In this document: one piece after another, positions 8,040 to 17,900 of the stretch
Layout: each line of letters begins with the position of its first letter
How positions within the stretch are numbered: position 1 is the first letter of the stretch
Source: Synechococcus sp. A15-28
GTDB lineage: Bacteria > Cyanobacteriota > Cyanobacteriia > PCC-6307 > Cyanobiaceae
Reading direction: 5' to 3'
Length of the DNA stretch: 32,000 nucleotides
Assembly (NCBI RefSeq): GCF_014280175.1
Contig: NZ_CP047931.1
Location: forward strand, 1,290,001 to 1,322,000
Position numbers and translations under genes: made by a program
The notes under the pieces: generated by a model
Seen by the model: the letters and a program-made list of their open reading frames with translations, nothing else
What the model was told of the DNA's origin: nothing
Database searches by the model: none

Positions 8040-9611
8040 ATGGACTCTGGGCTAGCGACGGACGCAATGGCGAGCTCAGCCTTCCCCTGGCTGTCGTTGA
8101 TTGTCCTACTCCCAGCGTTCGGAGCACTGCTGATGCCCCTGATGCCAGGGGACGACAAGCGTCCTACCGCCTGGCCTCGCAACTTCGCCTTGGCCGTCCT
8201 GTTGGCGGACCTTCTGCTGATGCTTGTGGTGTTCAGCACCCGGTTTGACCCCGGTTTGAGCGGTCTGCAGCTGGTGGAACGGGTCAGCTGGCTTCCCTCC
8301 ATCGGCCTGGAGTGGTCCCTAGGGGCGGATGGACTCTCCGCCCCTCTAGTGGTGCTCAGCGGATTGGTCACGTTCCTCTCCGTGGCCGCGAGCTGGTCCG
8401 TGCAACGCAAATGCAAGTTGTACTTCGCTCTTCTGCTGGTGCAGGCATCAGCCCAGGGGCTGGTGTTTCTTTCGCAGGATTTCCTGCTGTTCTTCCTGGC
8501 CTGGGAACTGGAGTTGGTGCCGGTTTATCTGTTGATCGCCATCTGGGGCGGACAGAACCGTCAGTACGCCGCTACCAAATTCATCCTCTACACCGCCCTG
8601 GCATCACTGCTGATCCTGATCAGTGGACTGGCGTTGGCACTCTCCGGTGATCAGTTCACTCTGAACCTCACGGAACTCGCCTCCCGCTCCCCGGGCGGAA
8701 GCTTCGGGCTGCTCTGCTACCTGGGATTCCTGGTGGGCTTCGGCGTGAAACTGCCGATGTTCCCCCTCCATACCTGGCTCCCGGATGCCCACGGCGAAGC
8801 CAATGCCCCTGTCTCCATGCTGCTGGCGGGTGTGTTGCTGAAGATGGGCGGTTATGCGCTGCTGCGTTTCAACGTGCAGATGCTGCCGGATGCCCATCTC
8901 ACCCTGGCGCCGGCACTGGTCATCCTCGGCATCGTCAATATCGTCTACGGCGCCCTCAACGCCTTTGCCCAGGACAACGTCAAACGACGGATCGCCTGCA
9001 GTTCTGTCAGTCACATGGGTTTTGTGCTGCTCGGCATCGGAGCGGTGGATGCTCTGGGGATCAGCGGAGCGATGCTGCAAATGGTGAGCCACGGGCTCAT
9101 CGCTGCTGCGATGTTCTTCTTCACCGGCGTCTTCTACGAGCGAACGAAAACGCTCTCGATTCCGAACATGGGTGGCCTGGCCAAGGCGCTGCCGATCACC
9201 TTTGCGTTCTTCCTGGCCAGCTCCCTCGCATCGCTGGCGCTGCCGGGCATGAGTGGGTTCATCAGTGAAATCACCGTGTTCCTCGGCATCACCAGTCAGG
9301 AGGGATTCACCTCGCTGTTCAGAGCCATCACCGTGCTTCTGGCCGCCATCGGCCTGGTGCTGACGCCGATCTACCTGCTCTCCATGTGCAGAAGGGTGTT
9401 TTTCGGTCCCAGGATCCCAGCCCTGGCCAGCGTTGAAGACATGCGACCCAGGGAACTGGTGATCGGCATGAGCCTGCTGGTGCCAACCCTGGTGATCGGC
9501 ATCTGGCCAAGGATCGCCATGGACCTCTACGAGGCGTCCACCGACAGCCTGGCCAGTGACCTGGGCCAGCGGGCCCTGGTGGCCCTGATCGAACACCTAC
9601 CCATCGGTTGA
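8040..9611 (+). CDS. ndhD: NAD(P)H-quinone oxidoreductase (NDH-1) subunit 4, NdhD1-type
   Basis: 523 aa polytopic membrane protein with proton-pumping antiporter-like subunit motifs ([52 protein letters not shown]). It has no cupA/ndhF3-type neighbours, so I call it the D1/D2 type. ATG 8067 is an alternative start. Confidence 0.9.
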   Translation: MDSGLATDAMASSAFPWLSLIVLLPAFGALLMPLMPGDDKRPTAWPRNFALAVLLADLLLMLVVFSTRFDPGLSGLQLVERVSWLPSIGLEWSLGADGLSAPLVVLSGLVTFLSVAASWSVQRKCKLYFALLLVQASAQGLVFLSQDFLLFFLAWELELVPVYLLIAIWGGQNRQYAATKFILYTALASLLILISGLALALSGDQFTLNLTELASRSPGGSFGLLCYLGFLVGFGVKLPMFPLHTWLPDAHGEANAPVSMLLAGVLLKMGGYALLRFNVQMLPDAHLTLAPALVILGIVNIVYGALNAFAQDNVKRRIACSSVSHMGFVLLGIGAVDALGISGAMLQMVSHGLIAAAMFFFTGVFYERTKTLSIPNMGGLAKALPITFAFFLASSLASLALPGMSGFISEITVFLGITSQEGFTSLFRAITVLLAAIGLVLTPIYLLSMCRRVFFGPRIPALASVEDMRPRELVIGMSLLVPTLVIGIWPRIAMDLYEASTDSLASDLGQRALVALIEHLPIG

Positions 9612-9612
9612 G

Positions 9613-11715
9613 ATGAGCACCTCCACGTCCTCCCCCCTGCTGAAGGGCCATGGTCTGCCCTCCTATGAGCAGATCACACCGGAACTGGTTCGTCAGGACA
9701 TTCCACTCCTGCTGAAGGAACTGGAACAGCAGTTCACGGATCTGGAGCAAGCGCTTCGCTCAAGACTGGACAGTGATTCCTTCCTCGGCTGGGAGGAGGT
9801 GATGCAGCCGATGCAGCGCATTGGCGAGCGGCTTCGCTGGAGTTGGGGCGTGATCTCCCACCTCAACGGCGTCTGCAATACGCCTGAGCTGCGGGACGCC
9901 CACGCCGCCCAGCAACCCGATGTCGTCCGCCTGGGCAATCGCCTTGGACAAAGCAAGGTGCTGCATCGGGCCCTCTGCCAGCTGCGCGACCAGCCCAGTG
10001 AGCCGCTCAACTCCACCCGCCAGCGCATTCTCGAGTCCGAACTGCTGTCCATGCAGCAACGCGGTGTCGGTCTCGACGGTGAGCATCAGACCGCCTTCAA
10101 CCAGGCCAGCGAACGTCTGGCAGCCCTGTCCACCAGCTTCGGCAATCACGTGCTGGATGCCACCCAGCAATGGACGCTGAAGCTCACGGACCCCAAGCAG
10201 GTGAAAGGCCTTCCTCAGCGGGCTTTGGAATCACTGGCCGCAGCAGCTCGGGAGGCCGGTGACGCCGAAGCCAGTGCCGAAAAGGGACCATGGCTCGTGG
10301 GCCTGGACATGCCGAGATACATCCCGGTACTCACCCACGCCGATGACCGCTCACTGAGGGAAACCGTCTATCGAGCCCATGTGAGCCGGGCCAGCCAGGG
10401 AAACCTGGACAACGCACCGCTGATTGAGGAAATCCTCGGGCTACGCCGGGATCAGGCCCAACGACTTGGCTATGGCCACTGGGCCGAACTGAGCCTCGCC
10501 AGCAAGATGGCCGAGGACGTCTCAGCCGTGGAAGCGCTGCTGGAAGAGCTGCGTGCCGCGGCCTATCCGGCGGCCGAGAAGGAGCTGGAGGAGCTCAAGG
10601 CCTGTGCCCAACGACACGGGACTGCGGAAGCCGACGCTCTGGCCCCATGGGATGTCACCTACTGGTCAGAAAAACTGCGGCGCGAACGGTTTGATCTCGA
10701 CCAGGAAGCCCTGCGGCCATGGTTCCCGCTGCCCCAGGTGCTCGATGGCCTGTTCGGCCTTTGCTCCCGCCTCTTCGATGTGGAGATCACGCCGGCCGAT
10801 GGGGAGGCTCCGGTCTGGCATAAGGATGTGCGCTTCTTCCACGTGCGTCGGGGTGGTGAACCGATCGCTGCGTTCTACCTGGATCCCTACAGCCGTCCTG
10901 CCAGCAAACGCGGTGGAGCCTGGATGGACGAATGCCTCGGGCGTCACCGCAACAGCGACGGCAGTCTGGTGCTGCCGGTGGCCTACCTGATCTGCAATCA
11001 GACACCCCCCGTCGGCGAGGCCCCCAGCCTGATGAGCTTCGAAGAGGTGGAGACCCTGTTCCACGAATTCGGCCACGGTCTGCAACACATGCTCACCACC
11101 GTGGACGAACCGGAAGCGGCCGGGATCAGCAACGTGGAGTGGGATGCTGTGGAACTGCCCAGCCAGTTCATGGAGAACTGGTGCCTGGACCAGAACACCC
11201 TGATGGGCATGGCCCGCCACTGGCAGACCGGAGAGCCCCTGCCCCAGGCTGAAGTGGAGAAACTTCGCAGCAGCCGCACCTTCAACGCCGGCCTGGCCAC
11301 CTTGCGGCAGGTGCACTTCGCCCTGACTGATCTGCGACTGCACAGCCAGTGGACGCCGCAACTGGGTCTGACGCCCGACCAGTTCCGGCGCGACATCGCC
11401 GGCACCACCACCGTGATGGCCCCGATCCCGGAAGATCGCTTCCTCTGCGCCTTCGGGCATATCTTCGCGGGGGGATATTCCGCCGGCTACTACTCCTACA
11501 AATGGGCCGAGGTGCTGAGTGCGGATGCCTATGCCGCCTTTGAGGAAGTGGGTCTCGACCAGGAGGATCAGGTGCGTGCCACCGGTGCCCGCTTCCGAGA
11601 CACAGTCCTCAGCCTCGGTGGCAGCCGCGCTCCAACTGAGGTGTTCAAAGCCTTCCGCGGTCGCGTCGCCAGCAGCGAAGCGCTGATCCGTCATTCCGGC
11701 CTGCAGGCGGCCTGA
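9613..11715 (+). CDS. prlC: M3-family zinc metallopeptidase (oligopeptidase A-like)
   Basis: 700 aa. HEXXH zinc site HEFGHGLQH with a downstream E (EWDAVELPSQFMENW). Typical M3 C-terminus FGHIFAGGYSAGYYSYKWAEVL. It starts 1 nt after the ndhD stop. Confidence 0.9.
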   Translation: MSTSTSSPLLKGHGLPSYEQITPELVRQDIPLLLKELEQQFTDLEQALRSRLDSDSFLGWEEVMQPMQRIGERLRWSWGVISHLNGVCNTPELRDAHAAQQPDVVRLGNRLGQSKVLHRALCQLRDQPSEPLNSTRQRILESELLSMQQRGVGLDGEHQTAFNQASERLAALSTSFGNHVLDATQQWTLKLTDPKQVKGLPQRALESLAAAAREAGDAEASAEKGPWLVGLDMPRYIPVLTHADDRSLRETVYRAHVSRASQGNLDNAPLIEEILGLRRDQAQRLGYGHWAELSLASKMAEDVSAVEALLEELRAAAYPAAEKELEELKACAQRHGTAEADALAPWDVTYWSEKLRRERFDLDQEALRPWFPLPQVLDGLFGLCSRLFDVEITPADGEAPVWHKDVRFFHVRRGGEPIAAFYLDPYSRPASKRGGAWMDECLGRHRNSDGSLVLPVAYLICNQTPPVGEAPSLMSFEEVETLFHEFGHGLQHMLTTVDEPEAAGISNVEWDAVELPSQFMENWCLDQNTLMGMARHWQTGEPLPQAEVEKLRSSRTFNAGLATLRQVHFALTDLRLHSQWTPQLGLTPDQFRRDIAGTTTVMAPIPEDRFLCAFGHIFAGGYSAGYYSYKWAEVLSADAYAAFEEVGLDQEDQVRATGARFRDTVLSLGGSRAPTEVFKAFRGRVASSEALIRHSGLQAA

Positions 11716-11716
11716 T

Positions 11717-12304
11717 TCAGGCTCCCAGATCCTGGGCGAGCCTCTGCAGCGCCTGCGGATGGGAAATGAGCTGCTGGTGGGTCCACACCGGCAACTCCGT
11801 TTGCGTTCCCGACGGCAGGACAGCCATCCAGCCGGGAGACACCATCAGATCCCAGCGGCAGAAATAACTCCGACATGTCACCGGTGCCAATCCACCCACC
11901 TGTCGATTCAGCTGGAGCAGCAGATCACTGGCGGGCTTCATGTCCGCCACGCCAGCCAACAGACGGCGGGGCACAGGCAGGGCTGCCAGGGTTCCGTTCT
12001 GAGGGCTGCCGACACTGAAAAAACGGGCTGTCCGTGCTGCCCCCCCCAACTCCTGAAGCCAGATCCGCCCGATCACACCTCCCATGGAGAACCCGAGCAG
12101 ATCGATCGCTGTGTCGCGCCCGAACTGCTGCAGGATGTGCTGATCCAAACGACGGGCCAGCTCCCGCAGCGGAACCACCCCCAGGCCATGGGGCAGGTGC
12201 GGTGCCAGCAGAGGGCGATCCGGTTGATCGATCCGCTGAATCAGACGGTGGAACACGCGAGGGGTGTCCCACAGGCCATGCACCAGCACAAGGGGCCTCG
12301 TCAT
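11717..12304 (-). CDS. Alpha/beta-fold hydrolase, small lipase/esterase-like (Bacillus LipA / PGAP1-like architecture)
   Basis: 195 aa. LVLVHGLWDT oxyanion-region start and nucleophile elbow GFSMGG, followed by FFSVGSPQNGT. Its start overlaps the folB stop (ATGA on the minus strand, 12301-12304). Confidence 0.75.
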   Translation of the reverse strand: MTRPLVLVHGLWDTPRVFHRLIQRIDQPDRPLLAPHLPHGLGVVPLRELARRLDQHILQQFGRDTAIDLLGFSMGGVIGRIWLQELGGAARTARFFSVGSPQNGTLAALPVPRRLLAGVADMKPASDLLLQLNRQVGGLAPVTCRSYFCRWDLMVSPGWMAVLPSGTQTELPVWTHQQLISHPQALQRLAQDLGA

Positions 12305-12672
12305 GGAGCTCCATGGCGAACGCGCTCAACGGCCACCACACCATCAAATCCAGGCACCGGAGCCGCGCACTTACTCAGGGTCAGACGCACCGGTACCGGT
12401 CCATAGAGCTGCTCAAGACGGTCCAGCACGCGATCACTGAAGTGCTCGATCGTGAGGCAGCGAATCTCCCTGGCCAGAGACTGCAGGGAACGAATCGCCA
12501 GGCTGTAATCGAGGCTGCTGGCCAGATCATCAGAGGCGGCGGCAGACGACAGGTCGCTCCAGAGGCTGATGTCGAGGCTGAACCACTGGCCGTCCCGACG
12601 CTCCTGCTCAAGAACCCCGACATGGGCCCAGAGGCGCAGCCCCCGCACGTGGATCACGTCGTTGGCGGTCAC
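12301..12672 (-). CDS. folB: Dihydroneopterin aldolase
   Basis: 123 aa. [32 protein letters not shown] matches the FolB signature region. The GTG start overlaps the proA stop (GTGA). Confidence 0.85.
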   Translation of the reverse strand: MTANDVIHVRGLRLWAHVGVLEQERRDGQWFSLDISLWSDLSSAAASDDLASSLDYSLAIRSLQSLAREIRCLTIEHFSDRVLDRLEQLYGPVPVRLTLSKCAAPVPGFDGVVAVERVRHGAP

Positions 12673-13976
12673 AGGGGCAGGTCGGTATGGGTGAAGCGGC
12701 GGGTGCCGTCCGCGAAATCGGCAGCGATGTGTCCGTCACCACGCAGCCGGTAGCGGTAGGTCACCAGACCATCGAGTCCCACCGGACCCCGCGGCGGCAG
12801 GGTCTGGGTGCTGATGCCCACCTCAGCTCCAAAGCCGTAACGGAAGCCGTCAGCGAAGCGCGTGGAGCAGTTGTGGTACACACCAGCACTGTCAACGGCA
12901 GCCAGGAACCGCTCCGCCGCCCGCTCATCAGCGGTGGCGATGGCTTCGGTGTGGCGTGATCCATGGCGCCGGATGTGCTCGAGCGCTGCATCCATCGAGG
13001 ACACCACCCGCACCGAAAGGATCAGATCGAGGTATTCCGTTCTCCAGTCCGCGTCACTGGCAGCGTCGCTGACGCCGAGCTCGCGGCTTCGCTCATCCCC
13101 TCGCAAGCTGACGCCTGCCGACTGAAATGCCGGCACCGCGGACGCCAGGAAAGCCGGTGCAATCGATTCATGGACCAGCAGGGTCTCGATGGCATTGCAG
13201 GCGGCAGGGTACTGGGTCTTGCTGTCGATGGCGATGCGAACCGCCTGCTCCACCTCAGCAGCAGCATCCACGTAGAGATGACAAATGCCGTCCGCATGGC
13301 CCAGCACGGGAATGCGGGTGTTGTCCTGGATGAATCGCACCAGCTCGTTGCTGCCCCGCGGGATGATCAGATCCACCAGACCATCCAGCCGCAACAGCGC
13401 CAGGCTTTCCTGACGGGTGGTCAACAGCGTCAAGGCATCGGCGGACACAGCACTGCGATCCAGCCCCAGCTTGAGGGCATCCATCACCGCTTCATTGGTG
13501 CAACGGGCCTCGCTGCCCCCTTTCAGCATCGCGCCATTACCGGAACGGATGGCCAGGGAAGCGATTTGCACCACCGCATCTGGACGGGCCTCAAAGATCA
13601 CACCTACCACTCCCAGGGGAACGGTGATGCGTTCCAGCACCAGGCCCTGATCCAGCTCCCGGTGCAGCTGGCGTCTCCCGAGAGGGTCCGGAAGGGTGGC
13701 CAGTTTGCGCACCCCATCGATGGCACCGGCCAGCTTGGCGGCGTCCAGCTTCAAGCGGGACATCAACGCGGGGGCCAGGCCTTCAGCGGCCGAGCGCTCG
13801 AGATCGTCCCGGTTGGCCGCCACGATCGTGTCAGCCCGCTCCGCCAGAGCATCGGCCATCGCCCGGAGAGCGTCAGCGCGCTGTTGATCGTCCGTCTGTC
13901 CCAGCTCCACCGCAGCCAAACGGACGGCGCCTGCCCTTTGCAGCAGCTCTGCCGAAGGCTCCGGGACAGTGGTCAT
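12669..13976 (-). CDS. proA: Gamma-glutamyl phosphate reductase
   Basis: 435 aa aldehyde-dehydrogenase-fold protein. Motifs [28 protein letters not shown], and catalytic-Cys region [12 protein letters not shown]. Confidence 0.95.
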   Translation of the reverse strand: MTTVPEPSAELLQRAGAVRLAAVELGQTDDQQRADALRAMADALAERADTIVAANRDDLERSAAEGLAPALMSRLKLDAAKLAGAIDGVRKLATLPDPLGRRQLHRELDQGLVLERITVPLGVVGVIFEARPDAVVQIASLAIRSGNGAMLKGGSEARCTNEAVMDALKLGLDRSAVSADALTLLTTRQESLALLRLDGLVDLIIPRGSNELVRFIQDNTRIPVLGHADGICHLYVDAAAEVEQAVRIAIDSKTQYPAACNAIETLLVHESIAPAFLASAVPAFQSAGVSLRGDERSRELGVSDAASDADWRTEYLDLILSVRVVSSMDAALEHIRRHGSRHTEAIATADERAAERFLAAVDSAGVYHNCSTRFADGFRYGFGAEVGISTQTLPPRGPVGLDGLVTYRYRLRGDGHIAADFADGTRRFTHTDLPL

Positions 13977-13989
13977 GGAAGGAAACGAC

Positions 13990-14898
13990 TCAGTCGTCGG
14001 CCATCATCCCGCCAAGGCGGAGCAGCGCCAGCCGCGCCGCCCCCAGGCGGCCGGCTCCATTGCCGAGAGCGCAAGCCTCAATCCGCAGTCCCTCCCGGGA
14101 AACCGCCTGCACCCGCTGCTCCACCTCCCGTCGGACTGCAGGGAGGAAATGGCAGGCGGCCCCGGCGAGGCCACCCCCCAGCAACACAAGCTGAGGAGTG
14201 AAGACGTACACCAGGGAGGACAGTCCCACCCCCAGGCGAGCCCCATAGCGCTCCCACACCTCCAGGGCCGCTGGCTCACCAGCTGCTGCAGCCTGGCTCA
14301 GGGCACGGGGATCGCGATCACTCAGGCGACGCAACGCCGCAATGCTCGCGAACTGTTCCAGGGATCCACGATTTCCGCTGTTGCATGCGGGACCATCCGG
14401 ATCCACGCCGATCAACCCCGGTTCCGCCGCCGCACCGTTGTGGCCGGTGAAGAGCTGCCCACCCAGCAACACGCCGCCGCCGACACCGGTGCCGAGGGTC
14501 AACAGCACCACGTCGCTGAAGCCCCTGGCCGCTCCTCCCCAGGCCTCCCCCACCACAGCGCAATTGCCGTCATTGGCGAGGGTGACCCGTCGCTGCAGCC
14601 GCACCTCCAACCAGTCCGCCAGCGGGACGTCCTCCCAGCCCGGCAGGTTGATGCACACCCGCGCCACCCGAGCCGCAGCATCCATCGGCCCGGGAAGACC
14701 CACCCCCACCATTGGGGCTTCACCGCTGGGATCCAATCGCTCAACGGCATCGCAGAGCGCCATCGTCACGGCCCCTGGCACCGCAGGCTGGGGTGTGGCC
14801 ACCTCGAGCTCAGCCAACAGAGCTCCGCGGTGATCGAAACGGGCCAGCTTGATGGCTGTTCCCCCGAGATCAATGCCGATCACCTGCCCGTTGGTCAT
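13990..14898 (-). CDS. ROK-family sugar kinase-like protein with degenerate zinc motif
   Basis: Internal ATG 14896-14898 gives [22 protein letters not shown] (phosphate-1 motif) and leaves a 4-nt gap to the upstream gene's stop. [11 protein letters not shown] and [10 protein letters not shown] are present. The canonical GH...CxCGxxGCxE region reads [21 protein letters not shown]. Confidence 0.8.
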   Translation of the reverse strand: MTNGQVIGIDLGGTAIKLARFDHRGALLAELEVATPQPAVPGAVTMALCDAVERLDPSGEAPMVGVGLPGPMDAAARVARVCINLPGWEDVPLADWLEVRLQRRVTLANDGNCAVVGEAWGGAARGFSDVVLLTLGTGVGGGVLLGGQLFTGHNGAAAEPGLIGVDPDGPACNSGNRGSLEQFASIAALRRLSDRDPRALSQAAAAGEPAALEVWERYGARLGVGLSSLVYVFTPQLVLLGGGLAGAACHFLPAVRREVEQRVQAVSREGLRIEACALGNGAGRLGAARLALLRLGGMMADD

Positions 14899-14902
14899 GG
14901 CC

Positions 14903-17900
14903 TCAGAAGCGGAAGAACAGCTGCAGCTGGCTCTGCCAGGTGCCATTGGAATCCACGGATCCAGACAAGGCCGTGTTGGGGTTCACCTGGTAGGTCACCG
15001 TCGTCTGAGGGGGAACATCTGAGGTGTTGGGAGCCGCCAGCACCGAGAAATCAAAGCGATCGGTCACATCAACACCGATTTCAGTCACCAGCGTGAAGGT
15101 GGGAGCCACCCGGCCTGACGTTCGCTCGTTGTCATCCTTGATGTCCGGGGTGACATAGGTGGGGAACAAAGCGATCTGCATGCGCTGGCCCATGGCATCG
15201 GTCAACGTTCCGAGAACCGGCGAGAGCAGCGACTGCCCCAGCACCGTCGCCAGAGCGCCCCCCCCGGCTCCCGCCAGACCCGAAAGGGAGTTGCCACCAA
15301 TCAGCGCCATCAGCTGCGGCTCCGACAACGGCGGTGCACTGCGCATATCCAGATTGCCGATCAAACGATCCGCCGGACCGGCGGCCTGCACAGTGATTTT
15401 CACCAGCCTCAGCTGACCGCCACCATCGCCAATGGTTCCCAGGCCATTGGTCTCGAAGACATTGGCAGTGCTGGCATTGCCGGCCGTTCCGGGTTGCACC
15501 GCATCCGAGACCCGGGTCTTCATCGCGATATCGACGAAAGGCACCAATCCCAGCGAGGGGGTGAACACCGCGACATTGGGGGCGCGCGCATCGAGGCGGA
15601 AGGTGGTGGAAAACAAGCTGACGCGGCCACGGTTGAGGCGAATCAGACCCCGCAGCTCCAGCGACGGATCCAATGGGCCGTTGACCAGCAACTGACCGCC
15701 ACCTTGGAAACTGATCAAGGGCGGCATCCGAACCTGCAGATCAGGCCCCAGTCCAAGGCGGAAGTTGCGGAAACGAACCGCAGAAAGATTGGGCATCAGA
15801 TTCTGGAATGCCGCCGGCAACTGGGCGGGAGCACCGGGGCCAAACAGCACCAGGGGATCCTGAAAATCCCAGCCTTCCTCCAGCAAAGCCGCGGTCGTGA
15901 CCGGGGTTGAGGCATTCGCCTGGAACGGTTGAACCCCCTGCTTCGGGGATGCACCACCAGCCCTGCGTAGACGCGAGAGCAATCCTCCCCGGGGCTGAAT
16001 CACCCCTTGTCTGAGATTCAGCTGGCCGCTGATCAACGGCTGGCTCAGGGCACCACGCAACGTGATCTCGCCATCAGCCGCCAGATCCACTCTCTCCTGC
16101 CGGAACGTCCCCTTGGTCAGACGAATGCTGAGTGGCGTCTCCTCCTCACGGGGGGTGAACAGACCGATGGCGCCCGCAGCCGAGACGCTCCCCCCAGACT
16201 CCAGCGTCGCCGCGAGCTGGCTGACCTCGACGCGGTTGAAATCGAACAACAGAGAGGCGTTGACGTTCTTGAAGGACTGCTCAGCCGCGGTGAAGGCACC
16301 ATCACGCACCACCAGAAAACCGTTGGCCTGAGGCTGATCCAGGTATCCACTCAGAATCAGGCGAAGGTCACTGCTGCCCCGGGTCAACGTCAGGGCATCG
16401 CCGGCGGGGGCCGCCAGGAAGCTCAGGGCATCTCCATGGCTTTCGAGCTCAAGATCCAGCGCGTCACGCAAATTCAGCGGGATGCTGCCGCGCACCTGAA
16501 GGGCCTCGGCAGCACCATCACTGCGGAGCGCGAGATCGAGCTGAAGCCCATCCGAAGCCAACACAACGGCTTGTCGTTCAAGGCGAAGGGCCTGCTCACC
16601 GAAGCGCGCCTGTTCCAGGGCCAACTCCGTGGTCAGCAACGGGCCGCGGCCCGTCAGGTCGTAGGAGCCCGTGATACCGATGGCCCCTCGCAAAGCGGAC
16701 GGAACCGGGGCGACCAGAGCCAGAAGCGAGAACGGCAGATGCAGAAGGCTGAAGCGTCCCTGGCCGCCCTGCAGGGGACCACTCAGCTGAGCCACAACGG
16801 GTTCGAGCTGAAGCATCCGATCCTGATTTTCACCATCCATCCACAGATGCGCCCGGGCCTCTGCCTCCAGCGAGAGCGATGCCAAATCCGGACCGGCAAG
16901 GTTGAGAACAGCGTCGAGGCGACCGCGAAGGTCACCTGGATCCACACGCGGCTGGGGGTGATCCCGGTCGTAGACCTCCAGCCACTGACGAGACCGCTGA
17001 AGAGCACGCAGATGCCCTTCCAGGCTTCCCCCGAAGGTGTCGATCACCAACGTGCCGAGATCCTCAGCGCGGCCCAGGGGGCCAGCGGTGGGGAGCTGGC
17101 CGCCACGCAGCTGCTGGGCCATCTGCACCAACCAGGGCACATCCAGTCCGGAGGCCTCGATCCGGCTGCGCAGGTTTCCGCCCACGCGTCCCTGGGCTGT
17201 CAGCTGAATCTCACCCTGCTGGGGCTGCAGCCGTCCGCGGGTCTGGAAACGACCCGCCGCAACACGTCCCTCCAGCTCGATCCGCTTCAAGGCAATCCCG
17301 CGAAGTTTTGGGTCATCCAGATGCAGATCACCGACCAGCTCCACAGGTTTCAACGCCAGAACGCCGTCGCCACTGAGACGTCCCTGCAATGGACCTGATG
17401 CGGATGCCGTGGGCAGCGACAGCTGAAGTCCGGCGATCGACAGCTGATCCGCTCTCCACCGCAACTGGCGCTCGGCGCCGGGCCGCACGGTCAAGCTGCC
17501 GCCGCCGCGACGGAGGTCCGCCTGCAATGGCCAACCGGAGGAAGCCAGTCGAGCCGTCAGGTCTCCATCAGTGGCTGGGGCCTGGGAGGCCAGACGCAGG
17601 TTGAACTCAGATCGGGTCGATCCGGTCAGTTGCCCCTGCCAACGCTCCGGCAACTGCAACGGTCCAACGCCGGGTCGGACAAGATCAAGCGCCACGGTGC
17701 TGTTCACATCACTCAGGGGACCCTGAAACCGTCCGCGGGCCGATAGACGGCCTTCCAAAGGAATGGACGTCAGAGCCGAAAGGCGGGCCAGGGGCAGTGA
17801 CGTGAGGGCGAAACCCGCCTTCAGCTCTCCAAGCTGAGCTGCGCCGTTTTGAAAACGAATGGGCAGCTGCGCCTCCGCACGCAGCACCGGGCTGCTGAAA

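Noticed and set aside
8604-11694. Minus-strand ORFs 8604-9596 (330 aa) and 10666-11694 (342 aa)
   Set aside because: They are antisense to ndhD and the M3 peptidase, both supported by motifs. The antisense products are His/Gln/Gly/Asp/Arg-rich.
12963-15096. Two long plus-strand ORFs (12963-14201, 412 aa; 13969-15096, 375 aa)
   Set aside because: They are antisense to proA and the ROK kinase, both of which carry unmistakable family motifs. The antisense translations are Arg/His/Gln/Pro/Gly-rich low-information sequence.
16007-17398. 463-aa plus-strand ORF, together with several shorter ones between 15159 and 19282
   Set aside because: It lies entirely antisense to the TamB-like gene. Its composition is dominated by Arg/Gln/Gly/Leu/Pro/His, as expected when a GC-rich coding strand is read backwards, and it has no motifs. 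The sense-strand product has a coherent architecture of membrane anchor, repetitive beta-rich body and DUF490-like end.
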